Shown here: in pieces, positions 63,952 through 64,000 of the stretch | How positions within the stretch are numbered: position 1 is the first letter of the stretch | Layout: every line of letters begins with the position of its first letter | Source of the DNA: Nitrospirota bacterium | GTDB lineage: Bacteria > Nitrospirota > Thermodesulfovibrionia > Thermodesulfovibrionales > JdFR-85 | Length of the DNA stretch: 64,000 bases | NCBI GenBank assembly: GCA_015484595.1 | Contig: WFMM01000152.1 | Coordinates: forward strand, 3,842 to 67,841 | Direction: 5' to 3' | Position numbers and translations under genes: made by a program | The notes under the pieces: generated by a model | Seen by the model: only the letters and a program-made list of their open reading frames with translations | What the model was told of the DNA's origin: nothing | The model's database searches: none

Positions 63952-64000
63952 AGTAGTATTTAGTCCATGTAGCCAGCTGCTCAGACTAATAAAAAAAGGA

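Overview
This 64-kb chromosomal window comes from an anaerobic sulfite/sulfate-reducing bacterium. By eye GC is moderate, and Shine-Dalgarno sites are strong (GGAGG). The lineage cannot be fixed from sequence alone. The backbone is housekeeping: secA, secD/secF/yajC, recJ, uvrA, uvrC, argD-argF, RNase J, lysA-dapF-dapA, gpsA, glnS, gltX, a four-subunit 2-oxoacid:ferredoxin oxidoreductase, mglBA and tRNA-Arg(CCT). The centrepiece is a complete reductive-type dsr locus, dsrA-dsrB-dsrD-dsrN ... dsrC, a DsrT-position protein, and dsrMKJOP. An approximately 6.5-kb insert splits this locus. The insert carries a HEAT-like protein, a sensor kinase, a lipoprotein, a sigma-54 activator, a readable UAS plus -24/-12 promoter, and a terminator-bounded 10-heme cytochrome with an unusual domain layout. 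A Cys-rich orphan gene with its own promoter follows. Five other points stand out. (1) An MtrAB/PioAB-like pair (lipoprotein decaheme plus a 645-aa predicted outer-membrane barrel) is followed by two binding-protein-like genes and a sensor kinase with a periplasmic CXXCH heme motif. (2) A radical SAM/SPASM gene with an RRE/PqqD-like N-terminus has no ATG/GTG/TTG start upstream of its CX3CX2C motif. (3) A GxxExxY nuclease-fold gene sits in a roughly 490-bp cassette with perfect 12-bp terminal inverted repeats, exactly between gltX and glnS. (4) Several families of 7-9-bp tandem repeats recur in intergenic and intercistronic spacers, often starting flush with stop codons. (5) AT-rich accessory islets carry hicBA, DUF2283, HEPN/MNT and a restriction-endonuclease-like gene. 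Two real genes are absent from the ORF track: a GAF-GGDEF gene at 1-1203 (-) and hicA at 5737-5913 (-). Every functional call rests on motifs I read in the translations. No database search was run.
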